A stretch of DNA of 63,209 nucleotides, the filler included, from Bigelowiella natans CCMP2755 (lineage: Eukaryota; Protista; Cercozoa): NCBI GenBank assembly GCA_000320545.1. It is 5 parts of 5 records of this genome, joined end to end, with 100 filler letters (N's around TTAATTAATTAA, not from the genome) between each part and the next. Parts side by side here need not be neighbours in the genome. Positions count along the whole stretch, not along the records: positions 1 to 29,937 come from ADNK01000038.1; 4 more parts are not named here. The stretch is one strand, 5' to 3'. Position 1 is the stretch's first letter, and each line of letters starts with the position of its first letter. Under the pieces are notes generated by a model that was not told the origin of the DNA, ran no database searches, and worked only from the letters and a program-made list of their open reading frames with translations. A program made the position numbers and the translations under genes. This document shows, in pieces, positions 1 to 13,629 of the stretch.

Positions 1-156
1 CCATGTACTAAGCATCTGTGTGTACGTATAACAATAGTGTACTCCATGCACCTACGGTGGTTCTTGAATTATCTTGCGCGTACATAGAAATGCCATGCTA
101 GCAAGCATGCATGGCGGGGGGGGGAGGGAGAGGAGGAGGAAGAAAGCACTGACGCT

Positions 157-193
<37 letters not shown>

Positions 194-1167
194 AGCACGA
201 CCTTGACTCGAACCTGACTTTCATCAAAATCCACGGTGTGAAACACGAAGACCTCCTCCCTGCCCTTCTCGTCGACGACGACGCTGTTGTGCGCGCCATC
301 GTTGCCGTCGGAGAAAGGAGGCCTGCCGTCCTTGCTTCTGCTGCTGCGACTACCACCATCGCTCTCATCACCACCTTCGTTGGCTGCTTTCCTCCCACCA
401 CCACCACCACCAACGGCCTCTTTGAAGTCTTTCAGTGCCTCAGCTGTCGGCCTGGCACGCCACAACACAACGACGACAGCGAGCAACCACGACGACGATG
501 AAGAAGAAGATGACAGGAAGAGAGAGAAAGAGAGAGAGAGAGGGGGGGGGGGAAGCGCACGGCGACGACGACAACCCATACATCAGATCATCGATGAAGT
601 GCTTAAAGGCAGCTGCGGCTGCTACTACAGTGATATAACCTCTTATTACCTTATCCTAGCACTCTCCACGAGGTATACAATTATACGCACCAGGAGGGGT
701 CGGCACCTTGACCTGAGTCTCTTCTTAGAGAGGAAGAATGTGCCTTTCCTCCCCTTATCGTCGCTTTGACCTCGAGGGTCATCTGCTTCTGCTGCAGCCG
801 TAGTAGCGGCTATATCATCATCAGCAGCAGCACCACCACCACCACCAGCCTCATCACCATGCGTTTTTGAGTCAGTTGGCACTCTTGCTTCCTGCAGAGC
901 AACCTTTCCAAATCTCCGGATGATGCCCTCGTACACCTTGTCGGTCGCCATAGAATCGTCCAAAGAGCGCCAGCGTGAGTCGCCAGAGGAAACGACAGAT
1001 GCAGCCCATGTGAAGGGCACGTCAAGAAATTAGAGAAGTCGATCGCCAGAGAGAAGCGATGGAGGGTTTTTGGAAAAATGATGACATGAACAAAGAAACA
1101 AAGATCGAAGGGACAAAGAAACTAGGAAAACATTAATACAAGATTTAAAAAATGAAGAAGGAAAAGA

Positions 1168-1206
<39 letters not shown>

Positions 1207-1432
1207 GAGCTTATTTGCGGGGATTATCATCATTCGCGCAAGCTCTGAGCTCTCAGAGAGAAGAGCCGACAACACATCGCCAACAACCACTCAACACACC
1301 TTTGTTTGCCAAAATCTTTCTGAATTGACCACGAGATTGAAGAAACGCACGGTCCGCCGCTGTGAGTCAGTGATTCCGTGACGGGGCGTGAATGAAATGA
1401 AGAGGCATGGACAGCAGAGCGAATGGAGGCAT

Positions 1433-1480
<48 letters not shown>

Positions 1481-1680
1481 TGTGTGTGTAGAAGAAAGAG
1501 AAGAGAGTAGAGAGAGAGAGATAGTAAGGTGACCTGAAGGGAAAATTCCGACGTCGACCCGCCTTCCCTCAATCGTTTCCTCAGCAGGCATTTCAAGGTA
1601 CGCGTCACAATCTCCACCAACAATGTCTTTCTTGCCTGTTGTTGTTGTTGTTGTTATTGTAGTACCGAGGAGAGCACGAA

Positions 1681-1721
<41 letters not shown>

Positions 1722-3372
1722 AGTACATACACGCATATTTATAAGTGAAAACGCGCTCCTTTTTCTTCCCTTCCTTCCTCCCTTCCTTCCTCCCTTCCTT
1801 CCCTCCTACTTCCAAACCCCACCACCACCACCACCACCACCACCACCACCACCTGCAAGTTCCTCCGCAGGTGCGCCCTGAGCAAGCCGATATGCCGGCA
1901 GTTGATGCCCTCACGGTGCAGGACGCTGCTCACAGGCTCCGACAGCCTCACCGTCGTTCCCTCCTCGATGCGAGCAGCGAGCCCCGGGATGATAACGGAC
2001 ACAAGATACCTCGTCGCCTCCTCAGCACCCCTCTCCAGCCGCAACGCCTCCTCCAGCGGTGAGCCGCGAGAGAACCCGGTGAAGACGTCCGGGGAAAGGG
2101 GCGGCGTGATCCCGTTCTTTGCGATGTGCGCCAGCAGCTCGGGGCGCATTATCCTGAAGAATTCGGATTGGCGGCCGTTTCGAGGCAGGTGGCTCGCTAC
2201 CCAGGCGCATTCGGGGGGAAACGCCCTGGCGAGGTCGAGAGCGTACAGCCTGCCGTCCTTTCCCAGATGGAACTCGACATCGGCCGCCGTGAATATGCGC
2301 TTGCCCTGGACCGTGTGCTCGGCCAGGTGCAACCTGTTTGCGAGCAATCGATTGATTGTTTTGAGCTTAGCAGTGATGGGCGAGCGGAGGGATCAGGGTA
2401 TTCATCATCGTCATCATCGTCATCATCGTCATCATCGTCATCATCAAAATCAGGCGCCTATGTATGTTAGATGAACGAGTAGTAGTAGTAGTAGTAGTCG
2501 TCGTCGTCGTTGTCGTCGTCGTCGTTGTCGTCGTCGTCGTTGTTGTTGTTGTTGTTGTGGTGAAAGAGGTCGAGGATGGGGCACGGGCATCTGAGACGAG
2601 GTGCGTGCTTCCATGGAGGAAAGCATCATCTACACACTATTATTAGACAGATTGCGAGAGAGGAAAGCTGCTCCACGCGCTGTTCATACCGTCTTGCCAG
2701 GGCCTTAAGAGCCGCCCGAATAGTAGTACCATTCACTGCTCCTCCTCTTACTCCTCCTGATGCATCTCTCGTGGCAGTAGTTCCGTCCAACACAACCCCT
2801 GCATCGGCGTCATAACCATACACGAGAGAGCTCCATTTCCAGCGGCTGCTACTATCACCGCTGCTGCTAGAGGAATGGCGGTGGCCGCTGTCTTTGTCGC
2901 CATCGTGATTCCTTCTGCTGCTTCTATTAAGGGGGGGAGGGGGCCAAGGGAGGGAGGGGAAGCCGTGCTTTCCCTTTTCATCCCTGCGCGCGGTCCTTAG
3001 GAGCCACAGCGCCCGCCGCCGCCGCCGCCCGCGTCGCCATTCTGAATCTCCGATCCAGTCTCAGATACGATATAAAAACACTCAGACACAATGTAATAAT
3101 CCGCGCACTCGACCCCCACACTATGTGAACTCACTATCCTGATATATGAGGTGAACCACGCATATTCGAAGGGGAGGAAAAATCCCTGACACATAGAAAG
3201 CGGCCGCTGTTTGTGAAAGGCCAGATCGCCATGAGTGGGTTTTCTTGGAATTTTTCTTTTGCCCTTTGCGGCAGATCTTCGAAATTTATAAAATCTCCGA
3301 TTATGAAATCCACCCCTGATATTATATCGCCTTCTATTTTATATTTTATTTTCACACACACACACACACACA

Positions 3373-3416
<44 letters not shown>

Positions 3417-4025
3417 TGTGTGTGTGTGTGTGTGTGTTGCAATAACATAAAACATAGAAGCTAGATATGCAGAATTTCTGCTCCGATTCCTCGGTATAAT
3501 TCTTATTGTTGTTGTTGTTGTTCTTCTTCTTCTTCTTCTTGTTCTGACACTCGTAGCTCGGAGAGGTGCCCCCGTACAGCCAGCGGCCGCCTTGCTTGAG
3601 TCGGGGTCTCCACACAATTTGAATAAGATCCCGTTCACCAAGTACCTAGGCGAAAGAGAATAAATAGGGGGGGGTAGGACGAGGAGGAGGAAGATGATCA
3701 TTACAGCATCGATCACGCTCGTAATCTGATGATATAGGTGATGGTAGTCGTTCTCTTCCTCGTCTTCTTCCTTTCTTCTTTTTCCTTGCTTTCCTTCGCC
3801 ATCATACAACGCTGAGGGTCACTGCGCACGCAAGCAAGTTCCTACTTTCTTCCTCCTGCGAGCCCCCCGACACGATCGAGCGGACGCACGGTTTTTTCCG
3901 AATCTCGCACCTCTTGCTCCCTCACGATGACGCGAGCATACCTGCACAACACGACGGGGAGATGTGATTGTCTTGGGGGTGGCGGATAATATAGCAGTGG
4001 TGGTTTATGTCATGGAATACACACA

Positions 4026-4086
<61 letters not shown>

Positions 4087-4450
4087 GAAGGGGGGGAAGG
4101 AAATAGGAAAGGAAGCAGCACAGAGCTTTTCTTACATTCTTGCCATACTGACGAAATCCACAAATAGCTGGTGAAGATTTGAGTACCCTCCTTGGTGTAT
4201 CGCTGTTTGAAAAGGCCTATTCCAGTCCTTTCTGTCTCTAGCACCTGTTTCCTCATCTTCCCCCTCCTCTCTCGCCCCCTTCACTCCATGAAGATCAATC
4301 GTCCATTTGAACCTATTCGTCTTGTTCTTCTCCTTTCCATTCTTCCTCTCAGCCTTCATCCCTCTTCGCTCTTCAACTACCTGTGAAAGATTATGAGATG
4401 GAGTTGTGTTATCACCCTTCTCTCCCCAACAAACCTCACCCTGCACGATT

Positions 4451-4485
<35 letters not shown>

Positions 4486-5138
4486 GCCCCCTTCTTCTTC
4501 TTCTTCTTCTTCTTCTTCTTCTTCTTCTTCATCTTCATCTTGCTACTGCCTTCACCAATGCAAGAATTAGCTACTTACCATGCCATCGCTGTACGCGCGG
4601 ACCATCCTCCTTGGCTGACCTCGGTGCCCCCCCCCGGAGGAAGCAACCTGCAGCCTCTCCGACAAGTGCTGCGTGAGGGTGCTAATGTCCTCCGGAGAGA
4701 GCTTGTTGAAGACAGGGGATGGAGACGGCGATGAGCCCGACTGAGCAGCTATTGGCGGCGAGATCTTGGTGGTGAGGTGGCTACTGCTGCCTCTGCTGCT
4801 GCTGCTGCTGCTGCTCACAACCCTCGTAAACTCCGATTTTAGATCGGGATAAACCGTTGTCTTGTGCTCGTAGGTCCTCCCACCAACACTATTACTGTTG
4901 AAGGGCGACGAAAACGCCGATGACGACAACGGTTTTCCGGCTGCCGCCTCGTTCTGGAAGCCCCCAAGCCGATGAACATGCCTCATGGGCGGGATCCGTA
5001 GGTGAGATTTGAAGAAGATCTTCACCGTGATATTCATCTTGCGGCTTCCGAACCTACCACCAGCACCAGCACCAGCAGCAGCAGCAGCACATAAATGTTT
5101 GGCGGTGTTGGAGCTGGTAGTGCTAAGTGGTAGTAGTC

Positions 5139-5169
<31 letters not shown>

Positions 5170-5406
5170 CAGTAGCGGTGGTAGCGCGTGGTAGCGGCGG
5201 TTGCGTGCCACTAGGGGTGTGGGTGAAACAACGCAAATGTAAGCAATAGCGAGGTGCTGGCTCCTCCTTATTCCTTCACCCTCGTCCCTGCCTGTCTGTT
5301 GTGTTTGTCTTTGCATCGTCCTTGGATTGGATCGATGCTGCCGCTCAAACAAGTCAGAGACGTGGGGGGGGGGTTCCCCTGTCATCCCCTTCTCTATTAC
5401 TACCTT

Positions 5407-5409
<3 letters not shown>
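1..5409 (-). CDS. CLU (clustered-mitochondria/TIF31-type) central-domain protein, multi-exon, apparently runs off the left edge; probably continuous with upstream exons to ~8899
   Basis: Spliced exons give CLU-domain motifs: WNRPFQ..YSNLHQLFVDFVSMARM|YARVIVREQEVRDSEKTVRPLDRVGGLAGGRK|YLVNGILFKLCGDP..WLYGG (~4250-3555), SLVYGYDADAG..ALARR|LHLAEHTVQGKRIFTAADVEFHLGKDGRLYALDLARAFPPE, LHREGINCRHIGLLR and EIVTRTLKCLLRKRLR. GT-AG boundaries are visible. One frameshift at ~3604. Confidence 0.8.
3353..3437. repeat. Palindromic compound microsatellite (CA)n-(TA)n-(TG)n
   Basis: Read directly; both strands translate to THTHTHTLYIYIYI..VCVCVC. Confidence 0.9.
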
Positions 5410-5442
<33 letters not shown>

Positions 5443-5665
5443 GATCTGTACCGTGAAATGGCGAAATTTCGGTGGAATCGCGAGCTAAGGGAAACAGACC
5501 GGCCTTGGAAGGTGAAGCGCACGCTGCTCACGTACTTCTTTAGAGGCTGGCAGCTCTGCGTTGTGATGATGACATCAGTAACGAGAAGGAGGGGAGAAAG
5601 AGGGTTCAGGAAGAAGACTGTTTCCGACGCAGAAGAAGCGCAAAGGAGAGACTCGTTACTACTAG

Positions 5666-5697
<32 letters not shown>

Positions 5698-7979
5698 ATA
5701 CTACTACCACCACTACAACTACAAATACGCCTCAGAAAAACCTTGTTGGACGCCCTGACAAACACGGTCCATTTCCCCTGCATGGCCCCCAGCCCCTCGT
5801 CGCCTGCGGGTCTCTCCACCGTGTTACCAATGCATAAGCCGTAGCGCCCAAGAAGCCGCCGAACTTTCTCCAGGTCGCCGCTGCCGCCGCCACTGCTGCT
5901 GCTGCTACTCGTGCTGCTGCTGTCGGTGGTGCCGTTCCTACGTCGCGCTCGCTGTGCACGAGCCTGCGCTCTTTTTTCTGATATTGATGATGACAGTGAG
6001 GAGGATTATGCTGCTGATGATGACTATTCCGCTCGCTATTGAGCATACCTTCCATGTACGTTATCGGCGCGCTGACACGTCTTCTTCCTCTTTGCCGCTG
6101 CAAGAGCGACTGGGGGGGCGGCGGTAGATTCAGGGGAGGAGGTGGCGGTACTGATTGCCTGCCTCCAGATCCTGCCAACGCAACACACACACAGAGGAGG
6201 GGGGGGGGGGGTCGGGAGGTTGGCGAATACGAGAGAAATGGCTTCTTCATATACGCTTATATAAATGCTGCAGCAGCAACTACTACACAGTTGTTCCTTG
6301 TACCGCTACCTTTAAAATCAGGGGCTAGTGAGAGGGGTGGAGGATATTTCCGCTCTTCTTCAGCTGCAGATGACGACAGGGACAGTTTGACGTTCTCGTC
6401 CAAGTAGTCATCGGCCCGCAGCGTGTCATACGCTTCGCATCTGAGAGAAAAACGGGAAAATCTACTCATCCGCATGGCGACGGCCACGCCGGTATCAACG
6501 CACATGCTTCGAGTGTTACGCACCTGCTATTGACCCTCTCTGGTTGGGGGGGGGCACTGGTGTTGGTGGCCCCCGTCTTGTCATCATCGTCGCGTCGTTG
6601 TTTCATATCGTTGGCATGGCTGTGATTGGGAACCTCCTTTTCATCTGTGTACTGAGGCGATGATGTGCGCCCTTGATTCCGTGCCTCAGGAGCCATAAAA
6701 ACAACTCGTCTCTTCTGGTCATGCTCTCCTCCATTGAGTGATGAATAGCCCTTTGATCGATTCGCCTCCCTGCCATCCCCCCCCCTCCACCCCTCCCCTT
6801 CACCATTGCGAAAATGACGGAACGGCTGGTAAACACGTGATCCCGTGAGACGCAATCCTCCTTCTTCTCCGGCCGCAGCTGCTGCTGATGATGATGCCAC
6901 TCCCAAGTTTAATGTTGTAGGTAGGGGCGAGGTTTTACCGTCATCATTACTACCCCCGGCACGGAGCGATTCGAACCACGGCGAAGATGACAGCGATGGA
7001 TGTTGTCGCTGTAGCGGCCGGTGAATCAAAGTATCCGCCTCATACGCAACTTTCCACCTCGGCGTCGCCATCGTGGCTGCCGCCGTCTGCGGCTTTGAGG
7101 TGATGCTGGTACCATCGATGGCTCGTTGTTGTGCCCCTCTTCCTGTGGGTTCTTCTTCCCCCGCCTGCTTTTTCTCTTGCTCTGCAAGCAATTTCCGGAT
7201 AATGGGAGACGGCGTCTCCTCATTGGTTTTGCTGCTGTGAATAACTGAAAGAAAAGTTTTCCGCATGCCAACGCGGAGCGGCATTTTCCCTCCTGGAGGA
7301 TCAGAGGCGGTGGGCCTATCCCGCTGATTTATTCGTGATGATGCGGATAGTGGCATTTCTGATGATGATGATGATGATGACGATTGTGATGATGGTGATG
7401 ATGGCGAGAGGGGTGATACAGTTGCGGGTGCGTGCTGTCGGGCATGGCTTGATGATTTATGGGCAAAAGTGCAGAACTTCTGATCCCATGTTTCGAAGCA
7501 GCTGCATCCCTGGGACGTTGAAGATATCGTCCCTGATACGCGCGCACATTATTCGTTAACAATACGCTACACTTATCGTGTTCAGGTTGCTGTTTTTACC
7601 GCAGTCGCAATAGGAACTCGTGAACCCCTTTGCTTCTAACACATGCCCTCTCTAATACAGGAAGGAAAACCAAGTTAATGCAAGACACAGTGCTTCGCAC
7701 GCGTATATCGACCAGAAAAGCATCTTAAAAAACAATAGGGAAAATGTGAAGATAATGAAAGCGGGAGAAGCAGTACATGGCATCTGTCTTTGCACACGAC
7801 ACACACTCCCAGTCCTTCCGAGTGCCCGCACGTCTTGCATCGAAAGAACTCCTGGCGAATATACTGCTTGGAGCCTCCATAACTCCTTGTGCAAATGCCC
7901 TTTCGCTGTTGATTGCCGTGATAATATAAAATTGGTGGAGGCTGCAATAGGGGAGGGATATTGGTGGAAAGATACTACA

Positions 7980-8010
<31 letters not shown>

Positions 8011-8899
8011 ACTACTCTTCCTACTGAAAGCTCTGGAACTAAGGCAGACGACGATTTTAACCAAAAATCAAGGGCCTCATTCAAACATCAAACCCGATCT
8101 TAAAGGATATGGTAAGCGCGGCCATTGTGTTGGATTTTGCTTTGTCGTACGAAACACCTGTGCTTGCCACACGATGATGCTACGGTCCGATTTGCTCATT
8201 TTGATCTCCAGCTCTCTCACCAAGCTGCTGCAGCTGCTGCTGCTGTAATGGTGTTCAGAAGGGGAGGGGGCGGGTAGGGAGTATTCATCATTGGTATCAG
8301 TATTGAGCAGAAGAGTCTCGGAGAAGACACATATTCACCTCCCGTCTCTGCTGAAGGACATTGACTCTGTTTCAAAAAAGACGAGGCAGGGGGATGGGCA
8401 GTTAGTTCGTCTTCAAACAGCAGACAGGACGGGGGATGGGAAAACACACATATCAAGATGCTACGAGTGTAAAAATACCCTGTGGGTCGTCCTCGATTCC
8501 CCTGAGGGCATCATTGTGGCGACGCCGATATCCGAACATCCTCCATTCGGAATATCAACTGCCCAGAAGAACAAACGTTAACACGATGTTCCCGCCCTTG
8601 CAATGCGAATACACGATACTTCGCACGAAAATTCATAAAATCTGTGTGTTAGTGGGTACCAATCTGAGGCTAAATTGCCACGAGAGGAGGGGGAGGAGCA
8701 GGAAGAGGAGCGCCGGTGGGCTTCGTTCGGAAGCGACTGCAATATAGTTTGTTCTTGTGTTGTTTTGTCTTCTTCTAGGAGTAATATTTAGGTTATTCTG
8801 AGGATATAAGTCCATGGAAATTACGCTTGAATCACTTCTATTCAATTTTTGCTTAAATGGATTCCGGACACAAATGATCGCATTTTTGGGAAGTTTCAT
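5410..8899 (-). CDS. Upstream exons including a UBR-box zinc finger and long low-complexity exons; likely the N-terminal part of the CLU gene
   Basis: CTRSYGGSKQYIRQEFFRCKTCGHSEGLGVCVVCKDRCH|RGHVLEAKGFTSSYCDCG (~7900-7600, one intron) matches the UBR-box Cys/His pattern. Same-strand ORFs 6466-7356 and 5732-6250 lie downstream. The start codon and the linkage to the CLU exons are inferred. Confidence 0.55.
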
Positions 8900-9182
8900 G
8901 GTATAATTATTTCCAGATTCGATTATGGGGTGGCGGAGTACACTTGAATACAGTCTTATCCCCGGCACTACTTTTCATGCTAAAAACATCTGTAAACTTT
9001 ATTCCGCAGAAATGGAAGAAAGAGAATGAATCTTCAGTGGTGTCATGGCGGTGATGCTACGATTACGCTCATTCACCCTAATAATATCGTAACTTTTCCC
9101 CCCATATTCTAGGTAGAAAGGGAAACTTTCGAACCCAGGGGGTGCTTGCCTCTGCTGGCGAGCGAGACGAAGGATCGGAGGG

Positions 9183-11764
9183 ATGAACGGCATTCCTTAC
9201 ATCGATGAGCTCATCAAAGAGTACTATTGTGCTACAGTCCGTTTGTATATGGCTTCTCGTTTTCATCTCCTGCCGCTGCGCTTACGAGCAAGCTTCTGCG
9301 CAATATCTGACTTTTTTGAATCTTTTTGGTGTGCTAGGTATCTCTTGTTCCGCGGATATATGCAAACCTTCTCAGCATTCACAGCCGAACAGAGCCGCGA
9401 CATCACACGGGTGGCACGGGTGGAACCCATTGTCAAGATGATCTTCATGGTAGCTTCAGCTGAAATCGATGAGGATTGACGATACGAATTGAACATGGAT
9501 TGATATAAGAACAATTCCGAAAAGATGGTGATGAGGGTGATGAGTGTTGTGGTGGTCATAGCTGCAGGGCTGTGGTTGTTGTTGCTGCTGTTGCTGATAG
9601 TGATGATGACGATGTCTAGTTAAAGCAACCTTTTACCGATGAATACTCAATTCAACAGCATATTGGAGATCTGGATCTTCCTGCATTGAATCGTATGTGG
9701 AAGACGCTCGTCTCGCGCATCTTCTCGCAGATACCTGCCGCACACGACCGACACTCCAGACAGATGAGGGCATCATTGCTCAAGGTAGTGCATGATGCCT
9801 CGACGAAACTAACAACGCCAACATATTGAAACCCCCGCCTCCAACTAACGACATCTGTCTTGCTTTATATTAATCAATTCTCAGCTCTACTTAGTAACAG
9901 CAGTGAAGAAGGGCCAGAAGCGCGCGATTGATGAATTTTTCCGTCTGCACGCGAGCGAGCTTGCAGCCGCCTCGGGGGGTGACGACGAAGACCACTGGCG
10001 TGATTGGCTTGCTCTGCCGTACATCAGTAATCCGAGGGAGGACTCGCGGTTTGCTGCGTGCTTCGAGGATGATTGGGCTGCCCTTGTCGAGGTGTCTCTC
10101 AGAAATCTTCTCACAACCGCCTTTCAGGTATATGCCCGTTACCATATTAAAATATCATTTTTGGTGAAGGATCTCCTATATACATTATATATATATATAT
10201 ATATATATATGCATATATTGTAATATCTTCTCAGGAGGTCTCCTTACCACTGTTGCTGGCATTCAATCTCCAACGCCTGGAATCCCGTGCACGGCACATG
10301 GAAATGCGTGGCCTCAAAGCTCGCATCGACGCGCTAAATTTCAAGCTCTCCCTGTGCAAGACAGACGAAAGGGGGGCGGGGGATGCCAGAGCCAGTGCTC
10401 GTGCTCTTTCCAACGAGGGCAATCAGGACATCAAGAGCCTCGAAATGAAAGGGAAGCAGCATGACGAAAAGCAAGGGCAGAAACAAGGGGGGGGTGCTCC
10501 CATCGAGCAGGCCGGTAGAGGCAAAGAAGGAGGAAGAGGAGAAGGAGGAGGGGGTGTTTCTCCATTGGTAACGGAGGGAGGAGGAGGAGGAGAGGAGGGA
10601 TATAGAGACAAGATAAAACAGTCGAGAGTCGCACCACACTTCTTGCAGCTCTCAGTGATACCGATAGACGGGAAGCATAAGAAGCCTATTCGTAGCCTGA
10701 AGTTCTCCGGTGATGGCCGACGGCTGGCGATTGGCGGAACAGACGGAACGCTCAAAGTCTGGCAGCTCTCCAAGGATCTTCTTTCCTCGTCTCCCGTATC
10801 ATCGCGACTCAGCCCGTATGTGCTGTTTCAGCTTATTGCGTTTGTCGGCATGTTGCTCGTTGCATTGGCTTCCTCCTCACCCCCATCATCATCATCATCA
10901 TCATCCTCCCCATCATTATCCTTATTCGTATGTTGGTCACGAATTGCCATTGTTCCGAGAGTAATCTCTCAAAACGACACGCCTAACTTTCCCCCAGATA
11001 CCCTCCGAATGCGCGGCGCGCGTTACAGTTCAGCCACGTCGAGGCAGCGGGAAGCGAGAAAGCGTGCGAGCTGCAAGGGACCGTATTCTGCAGAAGCGCA
11101 ATTGGAGCTTTGGAATGGGTAATTATAGTAGTAGAAGAAGTATATATATATATATATATATATATATGTTAATTTTTTTTTTTTAAGAAAGAATCCTTTA
11201 CTCTTCCTCCTCATAACAGGACACTCAGACAGACGAGCTGCTTCTCTGCGGTTCACATGATAGCAAGGCACGTCACTTCACATGCCACATGAAAACAGTA
11301 GAAGAAGAAGATGAAGAAGAAGAAGAAAAAGAAGAAGAAAAAGAAGGAGAAGCAGGGGAGGAGACTATATAATATACAATCGGATTATGTCGTCGATCTG
11401 TCGTGCACGCACGCAGCTGTGTCTAGAACTTCAACTTCGCGTCAAACAATCCATTACATTCATCCATCAATCTTCCATCAATAGATCATCACCAAACTAC
11501 CTTAGATTCAGCTCTGGTCGGCCAGTCAACGCCGCGTACTCCGCACCACCACAGTCTCGCGTGATCCCGCGGGACGTGTCGTAGCTCTAGCATGCAGCCC
11601 GAAACGGCCCTTGTTTGTAGTCGCTCTCAATCATGGCGGTGATGCAACGAGGTACTTGTCACTTTTCCAGTAAGAGTCATTGTACTCGATAGTTGCTTGG
11701 TTTTTTTTGAGATAGTTTTCGTGACGCTTTCAGAGCGCAGAGACCGAGAGAGAGGGGGAGAGAC

Positions 11765-11809
<45 letters not shown>

Positions 11810-12420
11810 TCCGTGTGGATTTCCATGTGACCGCCTTTCAATGAGCTATTCACCTACCCACCTTCGGTTTTGCAAATGATGATGATGATCATGATCATGA
11901 TAGTGACTATGACGCATGTGATTTTGGGTAGTGGTGTTGCATATGACAAGCACGCCTAACACCACAACTCCGCCTAAACACTGTTTCGTTTTAGTGTGCC
12001 CAGTTCTCCGCCTTTATCATCACCGCCATCCTCGTCATCGTCATCTTTGGACGGTACCGGTGGAATGCTGGTCGCGGTAAATCTCAAGACAGGCCGACAC
12101 GTGCAAAGCTTTCGAACAGATTCTCGATCTTCGTCGTCGTCCTCCTCCTCTTCTTCATCATCGTCGTCATCATCGACGCAGATCCACTCGTGCGTTTTCA
12201 ACCACAACGGCAACATGATCCTGGCGGGGGGTTCGGATGGCGTTGTGAGGATATTCGAGACTGCGAGCGACAAACCAATCATGTAGTGTGCAGTGCTGCT
12301 GCTGCTGCTGTTAGCGATGATGATGATGATGATGATGATGATGCGGAGACACGTATGATATCTTGGAGCATAGCAGTCCTTGTGGTAGATCTAAGTGTTA
12401 CATCCGACTGAATCTGCATA

Positions 12421-12472
<52 letters not shown>

Positions 12473-13629
12473 CTCCCTCTCACACACACACACACACACC
12501 GTTATATAACTGAGCAATGTCCTTCTCCTCCTCCTCCCCCTTTCTTCCGTAGGTCATGGCCGGCGCTGGCAGAAGGTGCTCGGCAACTGTCATGTGTACG
12601 CTTCAGCGTCAACGAGACGACGGTGCTTACAGCGAGTGCGGGGAGCGGTGTGATCGACGAGTGGAGCTTGCATAAATTAGGCAAGCCCGTTCGGAGCTAT
12701 CTAGCACCGGATATCGCGTCATCATCGGCGGACCAATCAGGACAGCGATGGTAACAGTGATCACAGCTAGTCAACACAACAATCAATGCTTCTCATTCAT
12801 ATGCTCCGCCGACCCGACGTTTTGCAATAATTCAGCTGCGTGAGGAATTTAATCCAAACCCGCGCTTCTACCCTCTCCCTCGTCCTCTTTCTCCTCCTCA
12901 TTTCTTCCTAGGTATGAAATCGCACTGGACAGCGAAGGCCACCACTTCATCTCGACAAGTGGTGCCCCTCTCCGCTGCACACCCCCACCCCCTTTCACGT
13001 CTTCCTCGTCATCGTCGTCGTTGCGTACGCGTGGCAATAGTAACCGCCTCACTCAAAAGCACCCCGGTCTCTCAAGTTCTTTCTCACTTTACCGACGAAA
13101 GCTGACACACGGGCCTCAGGGACCCCCCCCTCCCTCCCCTGCAATGAGTTTGCTCGCCTCCGAACCCCCCTCCAAAGGCGGCATCACTGCCGATAACAAC
13201 AAAAGCCATGTCGGTGCTAGCACATCTAAGCAGACACAGGAGCAATCGTTGTCGAAAGCTGCACCCTCCACCAGCGACAATAACATGGCTGCTATGGGAG
13301 CTCATGGTGGTGGTGGTGGTGGTGAGACCAAGCAGGGCAGGATGGGAAGTAGCAGGATCGTTGAGCAAGCACTCGATGAGGATGCTACTGGTGGAAGCTA
13401 CCGTGACCATAACAACAACAACCATAGCGTAGTAGCAAGAGGGCGAGCCTGTGCACAAGTCTTCAATGTAGGACAGCGCGAGCCAGTTCAGCAACTGCCG
13501 CACGGGAATGCGCGTGCAGTCACCGCGGTGGACTGGCACCCAACTCTTGACATCGTAGCAAGTGCTGGGGACGATGGCTCGGTCCGCCTTAGTACCCTGC
13601 TACTGGTCGTTCATCGCGATGCTATATAG
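9183..13629 (+). CDS. WDR91: WD-repeat protein 91 (endosomal Rab7 effector), multi-exon
   Basis: Spliced N-terminus MNGIPYIDELIKE|YLLFRGYMQTFSAFTAE...|LYLVTAVKKGQKRAIDEFF...WRDWLALPYISNPREDSRFAACFEDDWAALVEVSLRNLLTTAFQ matches the characteristic WDR91 N-terminal region. WD40 repeats follow (IRSLKFSGDGRRLAIGGTDGTLKVW; SCVFNHNGNMILAGGSDGVVRIFE; VTAVDWHPTLDIVASAGDDGSVRL), ending at TAG 13629. Confidence 0.9.
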
